Below, piece after piece: positions 25,427 to 38,119 of a stretch of DNA of 64,000 nt. Position numbers and translations under genes: made by a program. Numbering within the stretch: the stretch's first letter is position 1; each line of letters opens with the position of its first letter. The notes below the pieces were generated by a model. That model was not told where the DNA came from. It searched no databases and saw nothing but the letters and a program-made list of their open reading frames with translations. The stretch is from Lama glama (taxonomy: Eukaryota), in NCBI GenBank assembly GCA_028534125.1, contig CM052817.1, positions 86,058,001-86,122,000 on the forward strand, in the 5' to 3' direction.

Positions 25427-27879
25427 ACCATTCTTATACAGACACATACATAAGTAGTAGTATATGTACAAGAGTTCTGCCTCTAGACATCTCTCTTGAA
25501 CTTCTTACTGAAAATATTTTCTTTGAAAATATCTTTTTTTGCTCTATTAATCTGTATTTCTATATTTAAAGAATGAACCCTGGCATAATTTGTTCTTTTT
25601 TTATATTCTAAATTATGCACATAGACTAGCACAAAACATCGAAACAGGATACTAATCCTGGTTCTACCATTACTTTAGAACATTAAATTGTTTATAGCAC
25701 TTAATCAGGAGTACACATTACCTTGGAAACCTTAATGTCTATTCATCCATTTCTATATGTGTCCACTTATATATATGTGTGTGTATATATTTGCGTGTGT
25801 GTGTAGAGACACACACACACAATGTGAAGTATATACATATATTTCTTCCCTTCTTACAAACATAATTCTGCAGTGGCACATTCTGGCTCTTGGTGACAAT
25901 AGTGGAGCAGTATTCTATGATTCTCTTGTCTAACTGAAATCACATTGTTGTCTTTTTAGACCATTACTGAGGCAGTCTGTCTCTCTCTTCCCCAACATTC
26001 TACTTAGGATGCCTTCAAAGAAAGTTACTGATTTAGCATAACGTTTGTGTTCTGTAGTATGCATGGGCTAGAAAGAAATTAGAAGTTAGTTGTCTGTATT
26101 GATCTTCTGTAGGACATTGCTGCCATGAATATATAATTCAAACGGTATGGCACCAGGGTAGGTCAACCCTCAGTGAACAGAAGGTAAGTAGCTCAAATAA
26201 AAATATGCAGCCTAATAAGGAATTTGCTTTCACTTATGTTTAATTTTCATTGTGTGTAAAATACTGCTTGAATATAAAAAGGTAGGCCAGAGCATAAGAA
26301 TTATGAATATTTAAAAACTACCAGAGGAAAAAATATCAATTACTACCATTGCCCTTGTAAACTACTTAACCAGGCTATAAATAAAATTAGTGTTGCAATG
26401 TAAATCTTTGGGAGAACAACCTGTTTTATTTACCAAAGTAAATAAAATGTCATAAGTAAAGTGTCTACATTGTGAACAACCAAAAAAAGAAGAAAAAAAA
26501 AAACAATGCTCTGGCCCATGTCAGAGAAATGGTATTTTTGGTATGGAATGCAATGGAGATCGGTGGGGAAGGGAAGCATGGCCCAGGACCTGGTTAAGGG
26601 AAAAATGAAACCTAACTTTTTACTGAGCAGTAAGATGATAAACGTCTGATACACAGTTGCCTAGGAACTCATTTCTGAGCAAGAAGTAATATTATAAATA
26701 TAATAAAACTAGATTTTGCCATCTAAGTCTTCCATCTCATGGAATTGGAAATGATTTATTTTTGATAGTTTACCTTACATTCTCAGATTAAATGAAGAGT
26801 TCCAGGTTTTTGAAAGTAACAGAAATGGATTAAGAAGTTTGCAAATGGGAAATAGGAAGTTTTAGAATTCCAGCTTTAGTATGATACATTTATACATTGC
26901 TCAGGGGGAACAGATGTCCATTAATTTCTGACAATGAACTCAGGCTGACCATAACTGTAGATAGATCAGCCAACTACTTTAGGTTGAGATTCAGATTGTC
27001 AAAATGCTTTGCAACATTTTCTAAAGGGTATAATTTTAAGGCAGAAGTTTGTAATGCCCAGAGAGCCCACAAAACACAAAAGCACAGTGCGTATAAACAC
27101 CTGCCCTATAATTAATATTACTTCTATTGTTATATTCATGACTGTGTTGCCTGACTCATTGATTGAGAATACTAAAAGGCATTTTAAAACCTTGAGTGTC
27201 TAGAGAAAAGAGAAATTAGCCCTGACATAGAGAAATTTTCTAGCAGCCTCCAATGATTAATTTGTACTTTCACTGACAGTAAATAAACACTGCTATGTGC
27301 TTTTCAGCTAGAAGCATTGCGGAATAAGCTTTCTTTCTGCATTTGACCCTAATTTATCCAGGTAGTGTATCCGAGACTCCACGTTTCAGTGTCAGTCTTG
27401 AATGGCACTCTTACCAGCTCTTATGGGATCTGAGTAAAGAAACTATGAAAAGTTTTTTAGATAAGAAGGCTTTGTGGGTCTTTCTAGTGTACTCATTTGC
27501 CTAAGTTTGAAAGATACACTAATTACTCTACTTTCTATTGATTCCCACAGTCTAAGGCCGCATAATATTTGTCACTACAATAAGAGTCCTAAATCTCTCT
27601 TCATAACATTTTCTCACTCTATTTTAAAAATACGTCTTTGGACACTTGTCTCAGGAATCAATGAATATTCTTCACTGCCAACTAATTGTGCATTTGAGAA
27701 ACTTTTTCACCAAATATCCATTGCATGTTAATATTCTATCACATTGATCTGTATATTCTCTATCTATAGATTTGTGCAATTGTGATTATAGTTCTAATTC
27801 TAGCTTTGTAATCACATGCCATCTTTCATTATGAAACAGACATTAAGTAATGTAGTTATGTATTTATACTGTATCATGT

Positions 27880-28020
27880 ATCTTATTTATTCTCTTTTCA
27901 ATTGTGAGCATCTTGACATCAGCGGCTATGTCATATAAATTATCCTGTTTCCTAATCCACAGAACACAATGAATGCCAGCACAATTTAGATGAGCAATAT
28001 CAATATGCTAAATTTGACTC
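27880..28020 (+). mobile_element. L2 3' end fragment
   Basis: attgtgagcatcttga...ggctatgtc...gccagcacaatttagatgagcaatatcaatatg resembles the L2 terminus. Confidence 0.5.
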
Positions 28021-31000
28021 ACAAATGTTCTAAGAGAGTAGTTAAATTTTTAAAAACATATTCCAAGATGAATCCTCAAGGTTGAAGTGATACAAATGTT
28101 TTTATTAATATTTCAAATATTCCTATAAAGTGTACTTTCACTCATGATTGATTTGCTTTGTGTAGTCTTTTGCTGCCAAGTTTCATGTAAAAGCTGAGCA
28201 CTCTATTTCAGTTCTAGAATCTTCTTGAATTTCTATTCAATTCGAGACTCAATCCAAAAACAGCAGTCTATTTTTGATTTTTTTTAATTTCAGAATTAGA
28301 TTTTTCATATCTGTTATCTGTTAAGAATGCTGAAGTCTGGAATATAACATATATTAATACAACATTTAGAATTCAGGATTCAAACTCAAATATATTATCT
28401 TTCCAAACTCTTTCATAAGACTTTTTTTGCACTACTCTTGCTGTAACCATCCATCTTATTTTAACTTATTTTTCTTTCTTCTCCACACGCATTTTCTTTC
28501 ATGTATCTCATGTTATCAAGACCACTCCCAAATTAAAAAAAACCTGTCATTATAATATACAATGTCTGCAGATCTAAGACAAGCAGTGCTTTTAAGTTGC
28601 ATAAACATTTTCACTGTGCATAATATAAATCACATTAAATGTCACGCAACAAGCTGAGCACACTTCTTTGGCAGAAAACTTGACTCAACACTGCATAAAT
28701 GATGCAAACTTTTGATGGCAATGTTCTTTGATAAAAGATTCAAATACAAGTTCAGACATTACTTTGGACATCCTTGAATCCAGTTACTCAGTGATAATTA
28801 GTTTCCCTTGTCTTGCAGAATGTTATCCCCTGGAAAAAAAGGGAGATCACATAAGTCCCTGGGATGCATAACTGTCAAGTCAAGCTCAAAAAACATATTT
28901 TACATTTTCCTCTGATAGAGTTATTTTCTTTCATTAGTAGACAAGTGGATATACAGTAATAAATTCATGGCCCTAAGCTCTGTGTTCTGTGTTTATTAAT
29001 GTTTTCATTTTTCATGTTATTTTATAGTATTCTTTTTTGAAACAATGAAAAGTGAGTTGAAATATTAGCAGTATGGTCACTCATAAAATTGTTAATAAAA
29101 TTTATTATATCAGAATATATACTTAAATATCATACTGCTGGACTTCAATACTATAATATACAGATATTACATGTTATTTTACACTCATTTTTCTTTCTCT
29201 TTTGACTTTCTTTTAGGTGCATGTGTTATCAAGGTGACAATGACACAAGGACAATAAGCTGTATACATTTTACTTTGTGTTTTCTTTCCTCACAGAGAGT
29301 AACTCTTGAATGGAACATTTATTTCCAGTTGGGTATCTTCTCTACTGAAGTTAAAAAAAAACAAAAAAACTCTCATTGGGTTTTTACATCCAATGTAAAA
29401 TCACTGGATTTAAATGCCATTTAAAAAAATAATGATTCTTTTCATACAATAAAGTTTATGAAAAGAGAAAATGTTGGCTCATGGAAAAGAGATGAATGAA
29501 TACAATAAGACTTCTGTTGGAGGGATTTATGATGTATATTTAGCATCTTAGACAACATAATAAATCACTGCCACAGTCAATGTGAAAAATACATTAGATG
29601 CCATTTGTTTTTCATCAGCCTATCTGGGTTCTTTTCAGATGTCATTTTCAAGATTTATACACCAGTTTTATTTCATATTATAAAAAGTATAGTACAGATT
29701 ATGGAGGAACTCTTAAACATGACTTTTGTTTTTTAAATTTTGGGTTGCTCACATGCATACTACCAGCTTCCTGGTGAATTACTTGTGAAAAAAAGACTAC
29801 AATGGCAATGAATCCAAAGAAAATACAAATAATGATAAATGCAAGACATCACAAATCCCTCTGCAGCTGACTATCATATATTGATCTTTTCTCTTTACAT
29901 AGCACTGGGAGATCAAGCTCAGATATCTTGTTTAAATCTATACAGACCCTTGTCCATTACATGTTACATAGATTGTAAAACCTACTGACAGCTTTCTATG
30001 TCCTGCACAGCTGTGTATGTATCAGTGCTGCACAGGACTATGAATTGTTAATGGTTTTATTCTGTCAAACTAGTATTATTCCGTATGCAACAACATATAT
30101 CAAGTCATGTTAAAATCAGTCTTGATGATGGAGATGAAGAAAAAGAAGACCACTACTAAGGATACATTTAAAGTTTAAAAGTTATTCAGACCCAGGAAAT
30201 CTCTTGATATCCTAACTACAAACCAAAGTATCTAAAAGTCTTTTTGATGAATGGCTATAAAAAACCCAAATGTTTAGGTCAAAGTAGACTGGAAAGAATA
30301 TAGTACAAAGAAACAGATATAAGTAAGTGCTTTTGCATATCTTTCTTTGTTAAACAATTCATATTTTACTAACTTTCTGCTTGCTCCATTTATATTTGAG
30401 GCAGAGGATTTTTACTGAATCAATCCAAGAATTAAAGATAGTTTTCTAAACCCAAGCTTTTTAGTTTGTCCTCATTATACTGAATTGCTTTTAAAATATT
30501 GCCAATTTAAATATTTCAGAGTAGCTATTGCAGGGTTAATCTTTCTAGTCTTATTTAATAATTTATTCATATATTTATATTTTTTTCGGATAAGCCAATG
30601 TCACATTTATTTAAAACTGGGGAGTTGGATTATACCAAATAGATTACCAAAATAATGACTTTTTTTGAATATGCTCTGTTTTTAACACAGTTATTGTTTA
30701 AAATGTTTAAGATGCAAATTTTTAAACCTATACTAAATAAGCCTTTTTCCCCATGGGTAGTCAAAGAGGTATTTAGAATGTGAATCTTGCCCATTCAAAT
30801 TTATTTAAAGTGTGGATCAGCTCTTGGTCCTCTGGGTGCATTTACATTAACACAAAAATTGCATTAAAAAATGTTTTGTCCTCTTCTACCAAGTTAAATC
30901 AATGTGCTTTCATTTTCCCTTAAGGCCAACATAAATGCAAGAATGCAATTTTAAGAGTGAAGGACCTATATAAACAAATTCTGTTTCCAATTTCGGGAAG

Positions 31001-31754
31001 GTGAAACTTAGAGATTGAACAATGTAACCTTCTGAGCATCTTAATTACTTTTATATAAAAGAAAGACTATTTCTATAGTGAACATTATATAATCCATGAA
31101 GTTTAACACATGAAATAAAACCATAGCTAAAATCTCGGAACACGTACTGATGACAAAAGACAAATGATACGCGTGTGTGTATGTGTGTGTAAAATATGAA
31201 TAAACACATGTATATTTATATTTGCATTTTACCAAATGTCCCACCATATGACCTGTTACATCTACATGTATTTTTTCTAAGGATGAAGTATACTACAGTC
31301 TAATAAAAAACTCACATCTGAGAGGTTAAACACAAATCTTGTCGCAAGTGTCATTACAATCTAATTGCAATACAATATAATAGGTCAGAAATTGTAGAGG
31401 TATTTGAAATCTGAAGAGGCACAATCATTTAGAGCTTGAAAGGGACATAATAGTTACTGTGGCCCAAAGTATTGGGTTGTTTTGCATACATTTAACTTAT
31501 TTTCTTCTTAGAATTTTTATCTCATGTTAGCCACATTAAGATGAAGAAAATGAATTTCAGGAAGTTTAAAGAACTTGCACAAGGGGACATATATAGTACT
31601 AGGCATGTTCTTCAAAGCCAGCTCTGTTGTAATTTAAAAGTCCTTTTTGTCACTGTAGCTACAGCTTTTATATCCAGGCCTATACTACTTATTGCCTGAA
31701 TCATCTCACTTACACACATGTTAATATCTTTCTTATAACAGTGATAAAATTATA

Positions 31755-31885
31755 GAGTGATAGAACTAGAAGGATCTTTTCAATCAATTAACTTATCCGT
31801 GTTGTTTACAGATGGGAAAAATTAAGGCCCAGTAAAGTCACAGGAAATTTCTAAAACAAAAGAGCTTTTAATAGCAGAGGAAGCG
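31755..31885 (-). mobile_element. MIR3/MIR core fragment
   Basis: tagaactagaaggatc...tttacagatgggaaaattaaggcccag. Confidence 0.55.
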
Positions 31886-33734
31886 CAGGCCAGTCAATGA
31901 AAGCTCTATACATAGCAAATACGTCTTTCAAAGACCATTTTCTTCACATGGATAAGCAAATAACTTAAGTAGAAATGAAGTAAAACACCTACATGCTGTG
32001 CCTTATGAGGTAACTTTTGCTTAAAGATTAGTTCACATTAATATTCAGACTTGATTTCCAACCTCTCTTCCTGGGTCTGACATTTTTTTCCATGAGATTT
32101 ATAGCTTTTGTTTGCAAAGCAAATGCAGAAACAATGCACCCCAAAAGATCACTGGCAACATTTTCTTTAAAAGGGAGAAAATATCTTCTTTTAGATATTA
32201 TTTTTTTCCTATTCTTTAGCTTTCTTTCTCAGGAAATTATTAAAGACATACCAGAGAGCCTGGCCATAAGTGCTTGAGGTGGGATGACAACTCAAAATAG
32301 AACTTGGTGGGTAAGAGATTGAAGGTTACGCTGTGTGTTGAGTATGGAGAACCTTCTAGGGAAGGTTCGGTCAAGACAGGGCTCTGGCTACCTATATGGG
32401 AACGAGGAACTTACAGAAGCTGCGGGTACTTGATTGCTAGGTCATCTTGAGGTTGGGCAGCTAGAAAGATACGGTTGGTAGTGGTATGAGAGAGAAAAGG
32501 TTGCTGAATGAAGACTACTGCAGATAAAAGCCACTGTGCTGTACGGTTCTTCATGGTCCAGATGAAGCATTATTGATATTTATACCCCTATTGTCTTAAT
32601 AAGAAACAGATGGCATGGAAGGATATTTAGGGGTGCTGCCATTTCGGAATTGCTGGGCACAGATAATACATAGCAATGCACTTGCAGAGCGTTGAGTGCT
32701 TTCTCTGAATGTAGGCAGTTGTAATCTCTTGAGAAAACACAGCAGCTCACAGAGCCCTGACATTTGTACACAAAGACCATGCCTCGCAAAACTCCAGGGA
32801 GTGTTTTCCCATAAAGACCACGGATGATGCAACTCTGACCTCCTTGGGAGCTGACATACAAAGGAGAGCAACACAGTGTCAGTGTGATTTATAAGCCGTC
32901 TGTATTATTCTCGAATCACAGGGAAAAAAATAAAGCTGAATAAATACTATGTGGATTTGTAACCCTCTACTATTATAAAAATATAAATAATGATGTAGCT
33001 GGTTATTACATTTAATGTTGTCATTACGACTTGGTCACTATAACAAGTAATAGAAGGAAAATGTGTATTTTTGTATTACTAATATGAATTATAGAAATTA
33101 TATTCTATGTACAGTAGAAATTAGAGTATAAACAAAAGCTCTGGTACCTCTGAAATTGGAAAAACAAACAAAAAAACTATAATGAAAGCTGAAGGACGCT
33201 GGGAACTATTAAGAGAGATAAACAGAATTTCCTACATCATTCAGTGTTCCTGATAAGTAACTTAGGCTCCAAACAACTGGAAGGAAATGTTACTATACTT
33301 AAATTTATTATTTGTGTTACATATTTTAAAGGAAAACTCGAAGTTCTGAATTTAGTTAAAAATATAGCTTTTTGACTGCAATAACATCTAATGTATTGTG
33401 TGTAACAATCTTTCCTCTTTTTATTTTATCTTAAGTCTACACTACTAAGTATTTTAGTCCAAATACTGCAATAATTCCATTTACTTTGATTTTTTAAAAC
33501 ATTTATCCACTTCAACATCACTTATGATGTATTTGAATATCCTTTTAAAAACCCAAAAGGAAATGAAAAATATTATTTACACACATTGCTAGAATTGTTT
33601 AGCTGTAAAACTTTCCTTAGCCTTTATGTTTATTTTGCTTTGATATTCAAAACACATCTGATAACACAGCATGAAATATTTTATGCTTTCCGATTACAAA
33701 ATACACATCTTTAGAGGACTGTAGATTAGTCCTT

Positions 33735-33850
33735 AAGACATTTTAACGTTCATACAAATCACCTGTGGATCTCAGCAGACTCTGATTTAGTCCATATAGA
33801 TGGCGCCTCAGTTCTGATGCTGATCTGTAGGCAATGATTTCAGCTGGAAG
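33735..33850. mobile_element. MER5A-like fragment
   Basis: aatcacctgtggatct...gcagactctgatttagt...tgatgctgat. Confidence 0.5.
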
Positions 33851-34628
33851 ATGTTTGAGGACAGTGAAGTAGTTACAGCTTAAGCTTTCTCTGTGAAGCA
33901 TATGTGAGATCAGTATTACTGTAGGCCAATGATTTCCGGTGAAAAGTTTACTTTCAATCAGTTCATTTTAAATTTCTTTAGTCATGTCACAGACAAGGGA
34001 TTCTGGAGAAGTCATTTCCATGTACAAATGTGTGAAAATCACCTCCTCCTCACTGTGCCCCTTCCTTAAAGATTTATCAGATCCTCACTTAGCCCATCGT
34101 AAGTATTCATAAGTGCTATTTGTTACCATAATTATGATGAGTGGGACTGTTATTATAAAAATCTTGCATAATTTTAATATTGAGATTTTAATCAGTACTT
34201 CTCAAATCAGAAAATTATTATTAAATATCTACACATTTCTGAATTTGAAAATCAGAAAAAAATAAAAATAAAGATACTTTACTTTATTAAATCATGGTTT
34301 TAAGCAACCAATTTTAACTTTAATACATTTCCCCCAAATTTTTATATTACGAAGATATAGATAAGAAATTGATAAAAGAATGCAGCTGTATTTAGAGCAT
34401 GGCCTCGGTTTATTCCTTCTCTCCTATTTGATATTATTATGCATTGTTACAAATCACCTTTTTGTAATAAAATTAGAGAATGTAATATATGGATATTGAC
34501 TTGAATGTGTCAATATTAGAAGTTTAAGTTACACTGTGATTTTCTGCTTTCTGGTCTCAACAAGATTCCGCACTTTGGTACAATCCACAATAACAGGTCT
34601 GAGGAATACACTTTCACCATATAACAGC

Positions 34629-34630
<2 letters not shown>

Positions 34631-34673
<43 letters not shown>
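34631..34673. repeat. (TAT)n trinucleotide microsatellite
   Basis: About 14 perfect units; this is the source of the poly-Ile ORF. Confidence 0.95.
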
Positions 34674-34814
34674 TGCTTTTACAAGAATATTGTCATAACT
34701 TATCACTTAATAAATAATGAACACCTCTTTGTATTTCTAGCTATAGATCTAATTCTCTTTAATGGCTAATTATTCTTCTCTTTTATGGATAAAACACAAT
34801 TTGATTTTTTTTTT

Positions 34815-34910
34815 GAAGTTATACTCCTTTATTGTGGCTCATGTATAATAGGATAATATAGGATGAAACACTCCAATACATTTATTATTTCTTGCATAGC
34901 AGACTTTTTC
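34815..34910 (-). other. L1 3'-transduced flank (~96 bp) with its own poly(A) signal
   Basis: Non-L1 sequence between the L1 tail (T11, 34911-34921) and a second tail (T10, 34805-34814). AATAAA on the minus strand at 34828-34833. Lies inside the TSD pair. Confidence 0.85.
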
Positions 34911-35275
34911 TTTTTTTTTTTAACATTTTTTATTGATTTATAATCATTTTACAGTGTTGTGTCAAATTCCAGTGTTCAGCACAATTTTTCAGTCGTTCAT
35001 GGACATATACACACTCATGGTCACATTTTTTTCTCTCTCTGTGATTTATCATAACATTTTGTGTATATTTCCCTGTGCTATACAGTGTAATCTTGTTTAT
35101 CTATTCTACAATTTTGAAATCCCAGTCTATCCCTTCCCACCCTCTACCCCCCTGGGAACCACAAGTCTGTATACTCTGTCCATGAGTCTATTTCTGTCCT
35201 GTATTTATGCTTTGTTTTTGTTTGTTTGTTTGTTTTTGTTTTTTAGATTCCACATATGAGCGATCTCATATGGTA

Positions 35276-35775
35276 NNNNNNNNNNNNNNNNNNNNNNNNN
35301 NNNNNNNNNNNNNNNNNNNNNNNNNNNNNNNNNNNNNNNNNNNNNNNNNNNNNNNNNNNNNNNNNNNNNNNNNNNNNNNNNNNNNNNNNNNNNNNNNNNN
35401 NNNNNNNNNNNNNNNNNNNNNNNNNNNNNNNNNNNNNNNNNNNNNNNNNNNNNNNNNNNNNNNNNNNNNNNNNNNNNNNNNNNNNNNNNNNNNNNNNNNN
35501 NNNNNNNNNNNNNNNNNNNNNNNNNNNNNNNNNNNNNNNNNNNNNNNNNNNNNNNNNNNNNNNNNNNNNNNNNNNNNNNNNNNNNNNNNNNNNNNNNNNN
35601 NNNNNNNNNNNNNNNNNNNNNNNNNNNNNNNNNNNNNNNNNNNNNNNNNNNNNNNNNNNNNNNNNNNNNNNNNNNNNNNNNNNNNNNNNNNNNNNNNNNN
35701 NNNNNNNNNNNNNNNNNNNNNNNNNNNNNNNNNNNNNNNNNNNNNNNNNNNNNNNNNNNNNNNNNNNNNNNNNNN
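35276..35775. other. Assembly gap (500 N)
   Basis: Run of N flanked by the 3' and 5' ends of one L1, so the true length is probably several kb. Confidence 0.99.
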
Positions 35776-36980
35776 TTCATAGGCCCTCCGTTGGCGCCCT
35801 CTTCTGTGCTGCTCCCAGCACCTGTCGGCAAGCAGATCGCGCCTCCTCCTAACACGGGGTCAGATGCAGCTCTCCTCTGCTGCGGGCGGGCGGGTCACTG
35901 CCCCTCCGGATGCCGCAGTCAGATGTTGCAGACTGGCCAGGCAGGAGGGCGGGTCGTGCCCCCTCCCAGCACCTAGGTCAGGGGCTGTGTTCCTGCCTGA
36001 CAGGTGGGAGGCCGCTCTCCCCCTGCCTGTGCCTCTGGTAGCTCCGCTGTTCTGTGTGGCTGCGCGCTCCGCGACGGCGCTCTGCCCTGGTCGTGCTCCG
36101 CCCTGGTCGGCGCTCCGCGGGTGGGCTCCGGGAAGACTGAGGGGCAGCCTCGTCCCTGCTCCGAGCCAAGACCCAGCTGCTTGTTTGTCTTTGTGGAGCA
36201 AGTTCTCTGAGGGACCAGGATGGAAGGATCCCACCTGCCCCGGGCTGTAGGCCTGTCTCAGTCTGGCCCTTGAGGCTGCTAAGCCCTTTGGTGCGGATGC
36301 AGGTTTCGCCCCCGCCCCCGCCTGGGTGCTCAGCGCCGGAGAATATGGCGGCTGTGCCTGGGCCCCGCCCCTCTTCCCCTGTAAAGTTTCCGCGGGTTTT
36401 CAGAGATGGGGGTATGCACCCCTCCCCCGAGAGCACATCAACCTTGTTGTTTTATGGAGGCCCAGGTTGTTCTGCCCTGTGCACCCACAGCCACGGCGCC
36501 CAGCCCCTTGCAGTCCCCGGGGGCTGCCTCCGTGCAGCAGCCCCCGTCCTCCGCCCGGCTTGTGCAGCCTGGCCCTGCCTGCCGCATCTCAGGCTGGGTG
36601 TCGGGGGGACGCTCTGTGCCCTTTTAACTTAGTTCTGTCAGACAAGGGCTGCTCTGTACAGATCCGAGCCTTGGAGGCTCCCCCTCCGTCCTGCTGGCCT
36701 CTCAATTGGAGAGGGGAGACCCAGGGAGTGAGCGCCAGTCCTCCTTTGCCGCTCCCTCCCCGCGGGACCCGTCCTGCGCTGCTTTGCCTTTTGTTCTTTC
36801 TTTTTTGCTTTTCTCCTACCAGATTTTGGGCGTCTTTATCTTTTGAAGAGGGCGATGTTCTGTCGGAGTTCCGCAGGTGCTCTGGTTGGCTGAGTGGGTC
36901 TGTAGATGAGGGTCTTGGTGTATTTGTGGGAGAGGGTGACTTACAAGCATCCTTCTACTCCGCCATCTTGCCTCTTCTCC
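35776..36980 (-). promoter_or_regulatory. L1 5' UTR internal promoter / only CpG island in the window
   Basis: Very GC- and CpG-rich. YY1 motif CAAGATGGCG at 36961-36970 (minus strand); GC boxes at ~36309-36322 and 36363-36371. Confidence 0.8.
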
Positions 36981-36992
36981 AAACACAATTTG

Positions 36993-37880
36993 TTTTTGCA
37001 ACTAAAAACACTGTTGCAACAAATTCCCTCATGCATATTTCCCTATACTCGCCTCTCTTACCAAAAAGTAGATAAATAGTGAAACATATGGGATAAGGAA
37101 TTAATTAATTTTAATTGCCTTTTTTCTGATTACTCTATTGAGAGGTAAAATGCATATTCTCCTTCCCCAACAATGTAAATAAGACTTTTATATTCATAGC
37201 ACTGCTGTGAACACAATCTTAAAATGAGGAATTTATTTATTTATTTGTTGACTCCCTGAGACTTTGAAACCCTCCTTAAATGCATACTTGTCACTGGAAA
37301 TTTCCCTCTTGTGAACTGTTAACTTTTGGCCACTATTTGTACTAGTTTTCTTTTTCCATATTAAATTGTGTAAGCTCGGTGCTTATTAAGACTTCGATAT
37401 TTCATCAGCCATTCTGTAAACCTCCAACTGCAGATAAGGCTTCTGTTTGTTGTTCCTTTGCACGTGTATTTGTTGTTTCTTCTTTCCAATTTTGGTTTTC
37501 ATGTAATGAAACATATCTACATTTTCATTTTTGACTTTTGGGATTCATGTCTTTCTTAAGAAAAGTTTTCTCACCCTAAATTTAGAAAAAATATACTCAT
37601 TTAATTTTATATTTTTGGTTTAATTATTTGATTTTAATTAATAATCCTTCTCAAAGTAGTATTTAAATGTGGATCAATGTGGGAAACTACCGCTATTTTT
37701 CCCACTTCATTTCAAAATATATCAACATGTCATCTTTATCACACATGTATTTTTCAAACAAATCTGTTCATTATGGTAAATATCATAATATTGTGATTAA
37801 AGTGATTTTATGGCAGGTTTATCCTCTGGTAGCTATGTCCTTTCCTTGTTGTCTTTATTTTTAAATATTCTTCCCAGTAT
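36993..37880 (-). mobile_element. Ancient L1ME-like fragment, host of the young L1 (continues from ~34690-34790)
   Basis: tagatctaattctctttaatggct on the left and tttttgcaactaaaaacactgttgcaacaaat...tttcttaagaaaagttttctcacccta on the right resemble the degraded L1ME antisense 3' region. Confidence 0.55.
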
Positions 37881-38119
37881 TTCTGCTTCTACTCTCCATT
37901 AGATAAATAACTGAGAACTCAGCGATGGTCATCAAATGCCTATTATGTGCCAAGGGCTTTTCTACACACTGTGGATATCACCATAATTAAGACCAACAGT
38001 GTTAATGAAAAAGAAGTTGAGGAATAGATGCAGTCAGTATCAACAGCACCACTTCAACTGCATCACATAGATGCTGATAGGCTTCATCTTTAACATGGTC
38101 TTATAGAAATTACATAATT

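Larger units (their letters stand above)
34911..36980 (-). mobile_element. Young LINE-1 with both termini present (probably full length; ORF1/ORF2 hidden in the gap)
   Basis: 3' UTR at 34922-35275 is nearly identical to the 10.7-11.06 kb copy. CpG-rich 5' UTR at 35776-36980 starts GGAGAAGAGGCAAGATGGCGGAGTAG (YY1 motif). TSD aaacacaatttg at 34792-34803 and 36981-36992. Confidence 0.9.

Noticed and set aside
34536..34769. Poly-Ile ORF (and HT/CV-repeat ORFs at 53596-53836)
   Set aside because: Translations of the (TAT)n and (AC)n microsatellites.
35205..35855. Three ~200-aa ORFs
   Set aside because: Artefacts of translating through the N gap.
35776..36980. CpG island as a host-gene promoter
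   Set aside because: It ends exactly at an L1 5' terminus and TSD, so it is the L1 5' UTR.
36326..37075. 249-aa ORF, the longest in the window
   Set aside because: GTG start, lies antisense in the GC-rich L1 5' UTR, runs out into flanking DNA and has low-complexity composition. Not a host gene.
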